From Trichodesmium erythraeum IMS101 (lineage in GTDB: Bacteria > Cyanobacteriota > Cyanobacteriia > Cyanobacteriales > Microcoleaceae), in contig NC_008312.1 of assembly GCF_000014265.1 (NCBI RefSeq), forward strand, positions 1,410,001-1,442,000: a DNA stretch of 32,000 nt, read 5' to 3'. The position numbers were made by a program, and so were the translations under genes. The notes below the pieces were generated by a model. That model had not been told where the DNA came from. It saw nothing but the letters and a program-made list of their open reading frames with translations, and ran no database searches. Below are positions 9,001-17,400 of the stretch, in pieces; within the stretch, counting starts at the first letter, position 1, and each line of letters begins with the position of its first letter.

Positions 9001-9309
9001 TTATGGCTTTTTATTGATTTTCTTACTTACCTTTTGAAGCTCACTTGATATTTTCTTAGTCATTGTTTTAAAATCAGCTTTGTTGAAGTTATTCTTAACT
9101 TTATTCCACTCATTATTAATTGTTTTCAAGTCAGCTTTGTTGAAGTTACCCTTAGCTTTATTCCACTCATTATTAATTGCTTTAAAATCAACTTTCTTGA
9201 GCTCATTCTGAACTTTATGCAGCTCATTATCAATTTTTTTAAAATCAACTTTCTTGAGCTCATCTTTAACTTTATTTAGCCCCTTCTCAATTTCGTTATA
9301 TTTAGTCAT
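9001..9309 (-). CDS. hypothetical Lys/Asn-rich protein built from 19-aa (57-nt) tandem repeats
   Basis: GGAG lies 7 nt before the ATG. The repeat I(D/N)NE(L/W).K.....K(V/A)D(F/L)K occurs 4 times; the DNA period of 57 nt is seen at 9101 and 9158. Confidence 0.6.
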   Translation of the reverse strand: MTKYNEIEKGLNKVKDELKKVDFKKIDNELHKVQNELKKVDFKAINNEWNKAKGNFNKADLKTINNEWNKVKNNFNKADFKTMTKKISSELQKVSKKINKKP

Positions 9310-9415
9310 TTTTTTTCTCCAAATAAAATAACAAATTGTTCTAATTTTGATTTTAGCATTACAGCGATGCTAGGGAGTCTATCCCTTTCTAGGGTATAGC
9401 AGCGTCGGGAGAATG

Positions 9416-9658
9416 TCAATGTGTACCATTAATCCATATTTCATGTTCACTTATATCAATTTCATCATTCCAAATAATTCCACTCCCTGATGGATCTATT
9501 TGAAAATTTTTGCAGAAAGCAAAGTTTTTTGGAGGAAAGAACGTTGGTTTGTTTAGTAATTTTTGAATATTATACTTTCTTGTTTTATGATTGGAGAAAT
9601 GTACTAACAAGGTGTAGTTATCTATTACTTGAGCTGATTTGATTTTGGGATAAAGCAT
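9416..9658 (-). CDS. DUF2442-family protein
   Basis: 80 aa. The pattern ...V.DNYTLLVHFSN...Y......L......F....F..F.IDPSG.GI.W..EIDIS matches my recollection of DUF2442. It is translationally coupled to the DUF4160 relic upstream. Confidence 0.7.
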   Translation of the reverse strand: MLYPKIKSAQVIDNYTLLVHFSNHKTRKYNIQKLLNKPTFFPPKNFAFCKNFQIDPSGSGIIWNDEIDISEHEIWINGTH

Positions 9659-9661
9659 AAT

Positions 9662-9921
9662 TTTTATTCGATAATTTATTTTTATGGTGGTAATTTTCTA
9701 AATTCTTGGGTATTCTTTGCAATAATTCTGTTTGATATATTGATGCCTATTCAATTACTATTTTTGTTGCTCTATTTGCTAAATCACCTTCAATAATTTC
9801 CCAGGTTTCTAGATTAAATAGAGGGTTATATTTTCCATAAATTGCATGAAAATGAGGAGGAGGATGATCTGCAAAAAATAATAATTTTGATAATTCCATA
9901 AAATCTGGAAACTTCAGGCAT
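9662..9921 (-). pseudogene. DUF4160-family gene inactivated by a frameshift and a premature stop
   Basis: ATG 9921 gives MPEVSRFYGIIKIIIF. The reading must then shift frame inside a T-run to continue ADHPPPHFHAIYGKY...ATKIVIE (the ORF 9747-9899). TAG at 9747-9749 sits where the family has Trp (..LEWA..), and homology (ASIYQTELLQ) continues after it. Confidence 0.7.
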
Positions 9922-9956
9922 TGGTTTGATTCTCAAAAGCAAATTCCCAAAAATAA

Positions 9957-10268
9957 TTATATTATTACTTGCTCATAAATTACCATTGCTTCCTGTAATA
10001 CCCGCAAAAGGCGAAAATAACGACTTAGATCTTTTGGAGTCCTCAAATCTACTACTCTTCCTAATAAATAATTTAATTCATCTTCTATTCTAATAATTGC
10101 TAAACCAGGAGTTTTTCCTGGCTCAAATTCTACTAAGATATCTATATCACTTTCAGTCGTAAAGTCATGCCGCAGCACTGAACCAAATAAGGATAATTTG
10201 CTAATATTATACTGCTGACAAATTTGATTAATTTCAGCTTTTTGTAAATCAATAGGTAAAGTTTTCAT
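9957..10268 (-). CDS. minimal nucleotidyltransferase (MNT-type antitoxin-like), no HEPN partner present
   Basis: Motif LSLFGSVLRHDFTTESDIDILVEF (GS...D.D polymerase-beta-fold NTase). Confidence 0.85.
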   Translation of the reverse strand: MKTLPIDLQKAEINQICQQYNISKLSLFGSVLRHDFTTESDIDILVEFEPGKTPGLAIIRIEDELNYLLGRVVDLRTPKDLSRYFRLLRVLQEAMVIYEQVII

Positions 10269-10321
10269 GTTTATTGCTAGTTAGATAAACTTCAGTTAAA
10301 AATTGGCAGCAAGAAATAGAG

Positions 10322-10660
10322 TCATAATGTTAATTCACTGACTACTAAAATAGATAACTCACGGACTTTTTTGAACTGTAAATCATTAGTTAAAAAAGCA
10401 TCACAATTAGACTGAATTGCTGTGGCAATTTGTAAAGCATCAGGTAATTTTAAATTATATCTAACCCGAATATCAGCAGCAATAAGAGCAGTCTCTGAAT
10501 TAATATCCACAAAATTAATTTTGTCTTGACTCGTCAGAATGTTAATAAATTGTTGTTGTACAGAGAGATTTTTTTGACTGGTTATATGGATTATTAGGAT
10601 TGCTAAATAATCGGAGCAGAATCTAAAAAATCCGATTTAGCTGTCCTAAAATTGTCTCAA
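10322..10660 (-). pseudogene. PIN-domain (VapC-like) toxin gene, frameshifted and without a start codon
   Basis: The C-terminal half is intact (ALIAADIRVRYNLKLPDALQIATAIQSNCDAFLTNDLQFKKV). The N-terminal FLDSAPII motif is readable only in another frame near 10600-10630. No ATG is present. Confidence 0.65.
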
Positions 10661-10681
10661 TTTTCTTTGAATTTAAACAAT

Positions 10682-10915
10682 TTATTGTTCTCGTTGTTGC
10701 CATTCTTGACGTAATTCCTTAACCCATTCTTGAGCATCTTTTCCCTCTAAGATATTAGGTAATATTCCTCGCAAATTACACAAACTATGTTTAGAGGTTT
10801 TGGGAATAGTTGTCTGACGCTTCAATTGTTCTGTAGTATAGGTAATGATTTGAAACTTTTCTTCTATAGTAAGCTGTTCAATTTCTTGTAATATTTTTGT
10901 TAATAAAGGACTCAT
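10682..10915 (-). CDS. putative antitoxin of the decayed PIN pair
   Basis: 77 aa. GGAGG lies 8 nt before the ATG at 10915. The C-terminal LRGILPNILEGKDAQEWVKELRQEW motif is typical of small cyanobacterial PIN-associated antitoxins, as I recall them. Confidence 0.55.
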   Translation of the reverse strand: MSPLLTKILQEIEQLTIEEKFQIITYTTEQLKRQTTIPKTSKHSLCNLRGILPNILEGKDAQEWVKELRQEWQQREQ

Positions 10916-11096
10916 TAATTTAACCTCCATAAATAGTCTAATTGGGGCTTGCTGATTAAATATAAAAGCATTGACATATTCTTAATATGTATATCTATTC
11001 TATCAACATTCCTCACAGGATTATCAACTGGTACCCTAATCACTACTAATACAGTTATGATTGATTCTAGACTAGAGTTGTAGTAGGTATAAAAAA

Positions 11097-11984
11097 ATGA
11101 AAAAAATGTTCAAGTTCAGGCTATTAAATCAAAATTCTATCTCTGAGAATCTCGAAAAATATCAAAGACTTACTTATCCTCCTTATCGTCCTATCCTAGA
11201 TAATCTTCTAGATTCCAAATACATTGCTATAAGTGCAGAAGATAATCAAGAAATATTAGGATTGACTATAGGAAAAATAGATTATAAAAAAAATATTGGG
11301 GAAGTTTTGTCTCTGTTTGTTATACCAGAATATCGAAGACAAGGCATTGGTAATCAGTTATTGGTTGCCCTAGAAACAGAGTTCAGGGGGAAAAATTGCC
11401 AACAAATTGATTTGATTTATATTCCCAACCAAACAATTATTGCTTTGGAAAAAATATTTCAGAAAAATGCCTGGTCTAAGCCTAAAGCTCGTATGTTAAT
11501 TGGTCTGGGAGAGCGAGAAACTATCAAAAACATGGCTTGGTTAAATCTAGATCAGAAATTACCATTAGGTTATGAAATCTTTCCCTGGGGAGAATTAACT
11601 TCTAAGGAAAGAACAATTCTTGAAAAATCACTTTGGTATCCAGATATTTTATCCCCTTTCACTGAAGAGGATATTATTGAACCAATCAATAGTTTGGGTT
11701 TAAGATACAATCATCAAGTAGTAGGTTGGATGATTACTCATCGAATTTCAGAGAATACTATTCGTTACACTATACTTTTTGTTAAAGAAGAACTGCAATC
11801 TATTGGTAGAGGAATTGCTCTTCTTGCACGAGCAATTAAATTAAATTTAAATCATCCTGAAATTAATCAAGGTAGTTTTGCTCTTTTGATTAATAATGAA
11901 AAAATGGCTAAGTTTACCGAAAGAAGATTAAAACCTTATTTAGCTTCTTTTCGTCAATCTTTTATTAGTAGTAAGTTAACGTAA
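11097..11984 (+). CDS. two-domain GNAT-family N-acetyltransferase
   Basis: The first domain has acetyl-CoA motif A, VIPEYRRQGIGNQLL. The second GNAT-like half has FVKEELQSIGRGIALLARAI. Confidence 0.7.
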   Translation: MKKMFKFRLLNQNSISENLEKYQRLTYPPYRPILDNLLDSKYIAISAEDNQEILGLTIGKIDYKKNIGEVLSLFVIPEYRRQGIGNQLLVALETEFRGKNCQQIDLIYIPNQTIIALEKIFQKNAWSKPKARMLIGLGERETIKNMAWLNLDQKLPLGYEIFPWGELTSKERTILEKSLWYPDILSPFTEEDIIEPINSLGLRYNHQVVGWMITHRISENTIRYTILFVKEELQSIGRGIALLARAIKLNLNHPEINQGSFALLINNEKMAKFTERRLKPYLASFRQSFISSKLT

Positions 11985-12041
11985 AATTCGTAGTTTTTCT
12001 TTTTTCTCTCTAACTCTTTTGGCACCTGTTGAAGCACGATC

Positions 12042-12086
12042 GCGAATTTGATACATCCACCACGGCGCGAATGTCGGGGAAAACGA
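12042..12086 (+). pseudogene. short degenerate duplicate of the 5' part of the Y1 transposase gene
   Basis: cgcgaatttgatacatcc...ggcgcgaatgtcgggg resembles cgtgaatttaaactatccaggcgcgaatgtcggga at 12318-12358 (REFKLSRRECRE). Confidence 0.4.
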
Positions 12087-12257
12087 ATGTGTTGGGACTG
12101 ATTAAACTCCTCTCGGTTTCTGGTAGAAGCACTCTTTTCTTCTGCCTTCAGAGCGATCGCCTCCACCATTCGTCTCGTCCCACATTGACCGCTCCTTTGA
12201 CGGCTCCTAGTTGTTCTTTTTTCTCTCTTACTTTTGACTTTTGACTTGAAATGAATT

Positions 12258-13010
12258 ATGCCAAGAAAACCTCGGAATTTTCAAATTGGACACTCTTATC
12301 ACATTACGACTCGTTGTAATAACCGTGAATTTAAACTATCCAGGCGCGAATGTCGGGAAGTATTTCTTTATGCAATAAAAAAGGTTAGCACCAAATACAA
12401 TTTTCGGCTTTATGCTTTGTGCATTATGTCCAATCATGTTCATTATTTGATTGAACCGTTGCAACCAGAAGATTTACCAAAAATTATGCACTACCTCAAC
12501 TGGTACACAGCTATGTGTTTCAACAGAATGTTAAAACGTACGGGGCATTTTTGGGAAAAACGATATTACTGCAATGGGTTTCCTTCCTCAGATAGAGAAA
12601 GAGCATTGAATACTTTACGCTACATCCACGGTAATCCTAAAGCGGCCAAAATGCGTTGCGGCTTTTTCTATGATTTTAGTAACTATGGTAGCTACGAATG
12701 TTTGACTAATGATGGCCTGACTCAATGGCATCCGGCTTTCTTAGAGTTGGCCAATACTCTGGACCAATGTGCCCAGAAATATAAGGAATTTTGTAAGAAA
12801 TATAAGTCCAAACAAAAAGATTCGAGAAAGTGCCACTGGGGCAGCAAACTTTTAGGGGGTATTGTGCTGTCTTTTGATGGCCGAAATTCTCGCTCTGCTA
12901 AGAAGAAAAAGTTATCAACTCCTTTTGACTTTCCGCCGACGGTGATGCCAGACAATGAAGAATTAGCAAAGGTAGTTAGTCAATTTGTTGTAGCTAATAG
13001 ACCGAATTAG
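12258..13010 (+). CDS. IS200/IS605-like Y1 (HUH) transposase, RAYT-like
   Basis: HUH motif SNHVHYLIEP, catalytic Tyr region LRYIHGNPKAAKM, and N-terminal YHITTRCNNREF. Confidence 0.85.
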   Translation: MPRKPRNFQIGHSYHITTRCNNREFKLSRRECREVFLYAIKKVSTKYNFRLYALCIMSNHVHYLIEPLQPEDLPKIMHYLNWYTAMCFNRMLKRTGHFWEKRYYCNGFPSSDRERALNTLRYIHGNPKAAKMRCGFFYDFSNYGSYECLTNDGLTQWHPAFLELANTLDQCAQKYKEFCKKYKSKQKDSRKCHWGSKLLGGIVLSFDGRNSRSAKKKKLSTPFDFPPTVMPDNEELAKVVSQFVVANRPN

Positions 13011-13081
13011 CAGAAAAAAAAAATGTAATACCTAGGTTTTAGCTTTAGTTCATAGTTCAGTTCTTTTAAACTATTTCCCCT

Positions 13082-13136
13082 AAGCAAGCAAAAGAACTTT
13101 TCATAGTTCTTTTGCTTGCTTGGACTCCGTTTTTTT
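13082..13136 (+). terminator. perfect 17-bp stem hairpin followed by a T7 run (terminator or REP-like hairpin) downstream of the transposase
   Basis: aagcaagcaaaagaact (13082-13098), loop tttcat, agttcttttgcttgctt (13105-13121), then ggactccg and ttttttt. Confidence 0.6.
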
Positions 13137-13228
13137 GATATTTTTATGAATTTGTTCATCACAAATCCCAACAACTTTTCCCAAAAACTAGCATTGTTTA
13201 ATTCGTACAAGAGAAACGGTGTAAATTT

Positions 13229-13317
13229 TAGGACTTACGCAACGGCACTATGTATAGTAGCAATATCTTGAAAATGATATTTTTTGGCACCATATATAGC
13301 GGTACTGCGTAAGTCCT
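13229..13317. repeat. 88-bp element bounded by imperfect inverted repeats about 26 bp long (REPIN/MITE-like)
   Basis: aggacttacgca...tgcgtaagtcct is a perfect 12-bp inverted repeat, and the arms extend imperfectly. The related termini aggacttac/gtaagtcct occur again at 21946-22124. Confidence 0.5.
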
Positions 13318-13350
13318 GTTAGTTTAAATTCCTCGAGTAGAACAGAACAG

Positions 13351-13499
13351 ACATCCTGTGGCACAACTATGCCAACTGACGAGTTACCAACTGCCTAAAC
13401 AACCCCTCCTGTGCCATCAACTCATCAAACCTTCCCTTCTGCACAACTCCCCCCTAGAGAGACATCACATAAATAACATCGGCGTTCCTCGGCGTTCCT
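13351..13499 (-). pseudogene. duplicated fragment of the exporter 3' end (last 40 or so codons plus stop)
   Basis: About 95% identical to 14427-14572. It carries a 3-nt insertion that creates an in-frame TAG (VMSL*GGVVQKGRFDELMAQEGLFRQLVTRQLA*). Confidence 0.9.
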
Positions 13500-13664
13500 A
13501 GGCGGGGGTGCCAGGTAACAAATAAAGAATGTGAAAAAGGGCTTATGTTTAATGTTATGTATACAATAACCCTTAGGGTTCTACCAATAACCCTAGTTTT
13601 GGTTCCTTCTCTTTTTATTTTTTCTTCATTCCTTTCAACTGGAGTTGTTCTCAAGTTACGCTCT

Positions 13665-13763
13665 CTAATTATTAAGTTCCTCAAGTTCCTCGTAGTGGGC
13701 GGCGTCGCCCGGTTGCGAGGTTTCGGTTTTTGGTTTTTTGGTCATTGCGTTCATGGCGTTCAT
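13665..13763 (-). CDS. candidate small ORF (32 aa) MNAMNAMTKKPKTETSQPGDAAHYEELEELNN
   Basis: AAGGAG lies 6 nt upstream of the ATG. It sits in a local GC-rich island within an AT-rich region, on the same strand as the exporter. No homology was recognised. Confidence 0.3.
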   Translation of the reverse strand: MNAMNAMTKKPKTETSQPGDAAHYEELEELNN

Positions 13764-14240
13764 GGTCAACTCCTTTGTTTTTTTTGTTTTTGGTTTAGCG
13801 TTCTGCTAATAGCATAGCATTTCTTTTGTTTTTTTTGTGGCGTTTTAAAGTTTTATTAATTAATAGTATTCATATTACAGTTAGTTAATCTAATCTGTAT
13901 TCATAAGTTTTATTAATCTAATCTGTATTCTTTCGTTATTTTGTATTTCGCTGCGCGGCTATTTCCTCCCCTAGTGTAGCCGTTCCGAGTCGAGAGTATG
14001 TTTGTTTTCGATTTTGTCTGGATTTCGTCCGCGTTCGGTGGTTGGGTTGCATTGTGTTATGTCTTCTCTCCCACCGCGTTCGCGTAAAATCTTAATTATA
14101 AATCTTCGTTGAATATAGAAAAAAAGAGAAACCTTGATGTGTATGGTCAAATTGTCTAAGCAAATAGACCCTCAAAGTGGGGAGGAAAGGATTTTTTTGC
14201 TTTCCCTTCCTGTCGTTTTTATTTCGACAACTGGCTCGTT

Positions 14241-14360
14241 TTAACGCCAACCACCTTGCGCCAAAAAACTTGCGTAGTAACTATTCCAGTAACCACCCGA
14301 CCAGCGTTCCATTTGGGTGCAGCCGGCCGGAGCGCCATAGCCACCACAAATTTCCTCCAA
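14241..14360 (-). CDS. candidate double-glycine-type peptide (possibly a 5'-truncated relic): LEEICGG / YGAPAGCTQMERWSGGYWNSYYASFLAQGGWR
   Basis: It begins 82 nt downstream of the exporter stop on the same strand, in a GC-rich island. A leader-end-like LEEICGG is followed by a Gly/aromatic-rich 32-aa core. There is no ATG: only TTG at 14360, with an in-frame TGA at 14385-14387. Two other frames are also open here. Confidence 0.3.
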   Translation of the reverse strand: MEEICGGYGAPAGCTQMERWSGGYWNSYYASFLAQGGWR

Positions 14361-14442
14361 TTTGTGAGTTCCTATTCTTTTCTTTCAATTATTTACTGCT
14401 TTATTTTTTTTAATTGTTTCTCTTATACATCAGTGCCATCAA

Positions 14443-17400
14443 CTATGCCAACTGACGATTTACCAACCGCCTAAACAACCCCTCCTGTGCCATCAACTCA
14501 TCAAACCTTCCCTTCTGCACAACCCGCCCCTGAGACATCACATAAATAACATCCGCGTTCCTAATAGTACTCAAACGATGAGCAATAACAACCCTGGTCA
14601 CATTCAACCGCTCCAAACTCTCAGTAACGATCGCCTGAGTTTTATTATCCAAAGCACTAGTCGCCTCATCCAACAAAATAATTTTCGGCTGCAATATCAA
14701 CGCCCGAGCAATTAACAACCGTTGTCGTTGCCCCACGGAAATATTACCACCTCCCTCACTCACTATTGTATGCATCCCCATAGGCATTTTCTCTATATCA
14801 TCAGCAAAACCCACCTTCTGAGCGGCCTCCCATGCTACCTGTGGACTTACCAACTCACCACTACTAATATTTTGATAAATACTACCCGTGATCACCTGAC
14901 CATTTTGCAGCACCACCCCTAATTGTTGTCTAACTGCCTCCAAGTCTAATTCAGCCAAATTTTTACCATCATAAAAAATACTTCCGGTTTGTGGTTGCTC
15001 AAACCCCAACAACAAACGAAACAAAGTAGACTTGCCACTGCCAGAGGGGCCCACAATAGCAACAAATTCTCCTGGTTTAACTTCCAAACTAATATTATGG
15101 AGTACAGTCACCCCATTAAATTGTGGGAGATTTTCTTCAGTTTTGCCAACTATTAATTTAGACTTTTGATGATAACTAAAAGTCAGATTATCAATAGAAA
15201 TATGACCTTGTAATTTTCCGGGGTGAGCCAAATTAGGATTATATTCAATAGGAGAATCTAAAATACTTTTAGCTCTTTCCCACAAAGGCACAATACCAAT
15301 AACATCAGTAATAGTATCACTCAAAGAAGTTACTCCACCAAGAAACACACCCATGGCAGAATTAAAAGCAATAAATGTACCAATATTTAAACCAGGAGTT
15401 CCGGTCTGAGCCGCAGAAATAATAATCTGAATAGCAAACCAATAAATCACAATAGAAGTCACCAGAGAAACCACTTCATTAATGACAGAAATAATATCGT
15501 TTATCTGAAAAATCCGATTATTAAGTTGAATTTGAGGTTGAAACTTTTTACCCCAAACTGCAAAAGCTCTAACTTCTGCAGCCGCAACTCGTAATTTTTG
15601 AATCCCATTGATGAGCTCTACAGTTAAACCTTGAATTTTCCCGCTCAACTTTTCTTGTTCCCGTTCAAAACGAATTAAAATTATTCCAGAAATCAAAGTA
15701 ATGAGGAAAGAAATTACACCAACAATTAAAACTATTAAAGCTAATTTTTTGCTATAGACAAACATTAAACCCAAATTTAACAGAGAAAATAACCCAGTAA
15801 AAATAGTCGTAATTACAGCACTATTAACCAAACCACTAATCTGACTTATCGCAGCAATACGAGTTAATAAATCTCCCAAACTAAATTCCCGGAAAAAAGT
15901 TGGGTTGAGCCGAAAAAGACGGTCATAAATTCCAGATTGTAAATTAATTTGCATTCCCTGAGAAACCTTAATAGACATTATGCCTTGGAGCAAACTAAAC
16001 AAAGATTTTCCTACAGTAACAGCAAGTAAACCCAGTGCTATTTGCCATAATAATAATTTGTCACTATCAGGAATAGCATTATTAATAAGAATGGCACTTG
16101 CCTGAGGAGTAACCATACCCATCAGACTGATTATTGTGCCTAAAATCATTACTTTTATTGCATCCCATTCATAACCTTTGATGGCAAATAAAAATATATC
16201 CCAAACCTTTTTAACTTGGATGGGAAAAGGGCGATAAAAAGTAAATGCTGTTGATGATAAAGTAGCAGCTACATTTTGATTTATAGGAATAGAAGTTTGA
16301 GTCTTTGGGTTGTAGAGAAAATATTGATTATTCTTAGGTAATAAAGCCACGGGTAAATTTTCTAATTTCAGCCAACCCAACAAAGCACCAGAATTTTTTT
16401 GCCACCATTTATCTCTGAGTTTTACTTCCCGAATTCGACAACGTGAAGCTCTAGCAATTTCTTGTAAATATATTTGATAATCAGCAGGAGATTGTTTTTC
16501 TGGGATAGTATTTTGGAAATTTTTTCTTTGTGTAAGTGGTGGTTTAATTTCTATCTGACTAGCACGACCTATTGCTCCTACTGCGGCTAATAATAAGTCA
16601 TTAAAATCAGAGACCAAAGAGTTAGTTGTTTTTCGATTATATAAAACAGAAACAAAATTTTGCATAGTTTCTGCTTGACTGCGTTGATTATAGGTTTTGA
16701 GTCGTTGAGAATTGAAAATTTCTGTTTGTTCCTCAGCCAAAATAACTTGGTGGAGATAATTGCAAAAATTATTATTAATTGAAACAATTTCCGAAAAATT
16801 AGGAAGCTCAGATTTTCCAAAAGATGGCAAAGAAAAATCTTTTGGTATTGAGTCAACAGATTCATCTATCAATTCCAAATTTTGAATTTTGGCTTTTGAA
16901 TTTTGACTTTCCCAAAGGTAGTTTAACCATTTTTCTACTAGAGAACCAGACAAACTCTGGAAATCTTCATTTAAATCTGTATTAGCAAGATTAATCTGAA
17001 TTAATTCAGCTTTTTCCAAAGCAATTCCCAATAATTTGCCTTGAGTCTGAGCATCGGAATTAAAAATTAACTCTCCCTGTTTAACCGTAAATAAATAATG
17101 ACGATTTCCGATTAATTCTCCATCTAATTCCAGAGAATAAAATATTTCCACAGCTCCAGATTTTACGAACCAGATAATTTGGGGGAATTCAAAAATTAGA
17201 GGTTGATTACCCTCCAAAAAATAATATTTTGTTTTACTGTCTAAATTAGCCAATAACCGAGTAGAAACCAGAGACTTTTCAACAATATTTTCCCCTTTTA
17301 TTTCTCTATTTATTCCCAACTCTTGATACCTTAGTTCAGGCAAAATATCCTGCCTAAAATCTTGACTCCCTTCTTCCATCTCCAATAATTGACGATAATA

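Noticed and set aside
9900-9960. HEPN/DUF86 partner expected downstream of the MNT gene.
   Set aside because: Only 36 nt separate the MNT stop from the DUF4160 relic, and no HEPN-like R-x4-6-H ORF exists in any frame nearby.
11954-12244. ORFs 11954-12169(-) and 12029-12244(+) upstream of the transposase, and 13007-13210(-) downstream of it.
   Set aside because: None has a motif. The region is better explained as a degenerate transposase fragment, hairpins and HIP1 sites. 13007-13210 runs straight through the 17-bp hairpin.
13936-14150. A 59-codon TTG-initiated minus-strand ORF (..KILRERGG/REDITQCNPTTERG...) with another GG dipeptide, overlapping the 38-aa ORF.
   Set aside because: Its N-terminal part is an AT-rich run that is open by chance and not leader-like. 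It has a TTG start and no ribosome-binding site. I cannot distinguish it from chance, so it is only noted under the GC-island finding.
13454-14474. Track ORFs 13454-13684(-), 13545-13817(+), 14177-14413(+) and 14256-14474(+).
   Set aside because: 13454-13684 is just read-through from the duplicated exporter 3' fragment. The plus-strand ORFs are Phe/Leu-rich translations of the T-rich strand with no ribosome-binding site or motifs, and they overlap the more plausible minus-strand small ORFs.
14722-16865. Antisense or shadow ORFs inside large genes: 1394-1627, 5254-5457, 5898-6182, 8080-8316, 14722-14922, 16587-16865, 23277-23459, 24184-24366, 26873-27148, 27160-27518 and 29426-29710.
   Set aside because: All lie fully within well-supported CDSs on the opposite strand or in another frame. 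Their composition is low-complexity or odd, and none has a recognisable motif or ribosome-binding site.
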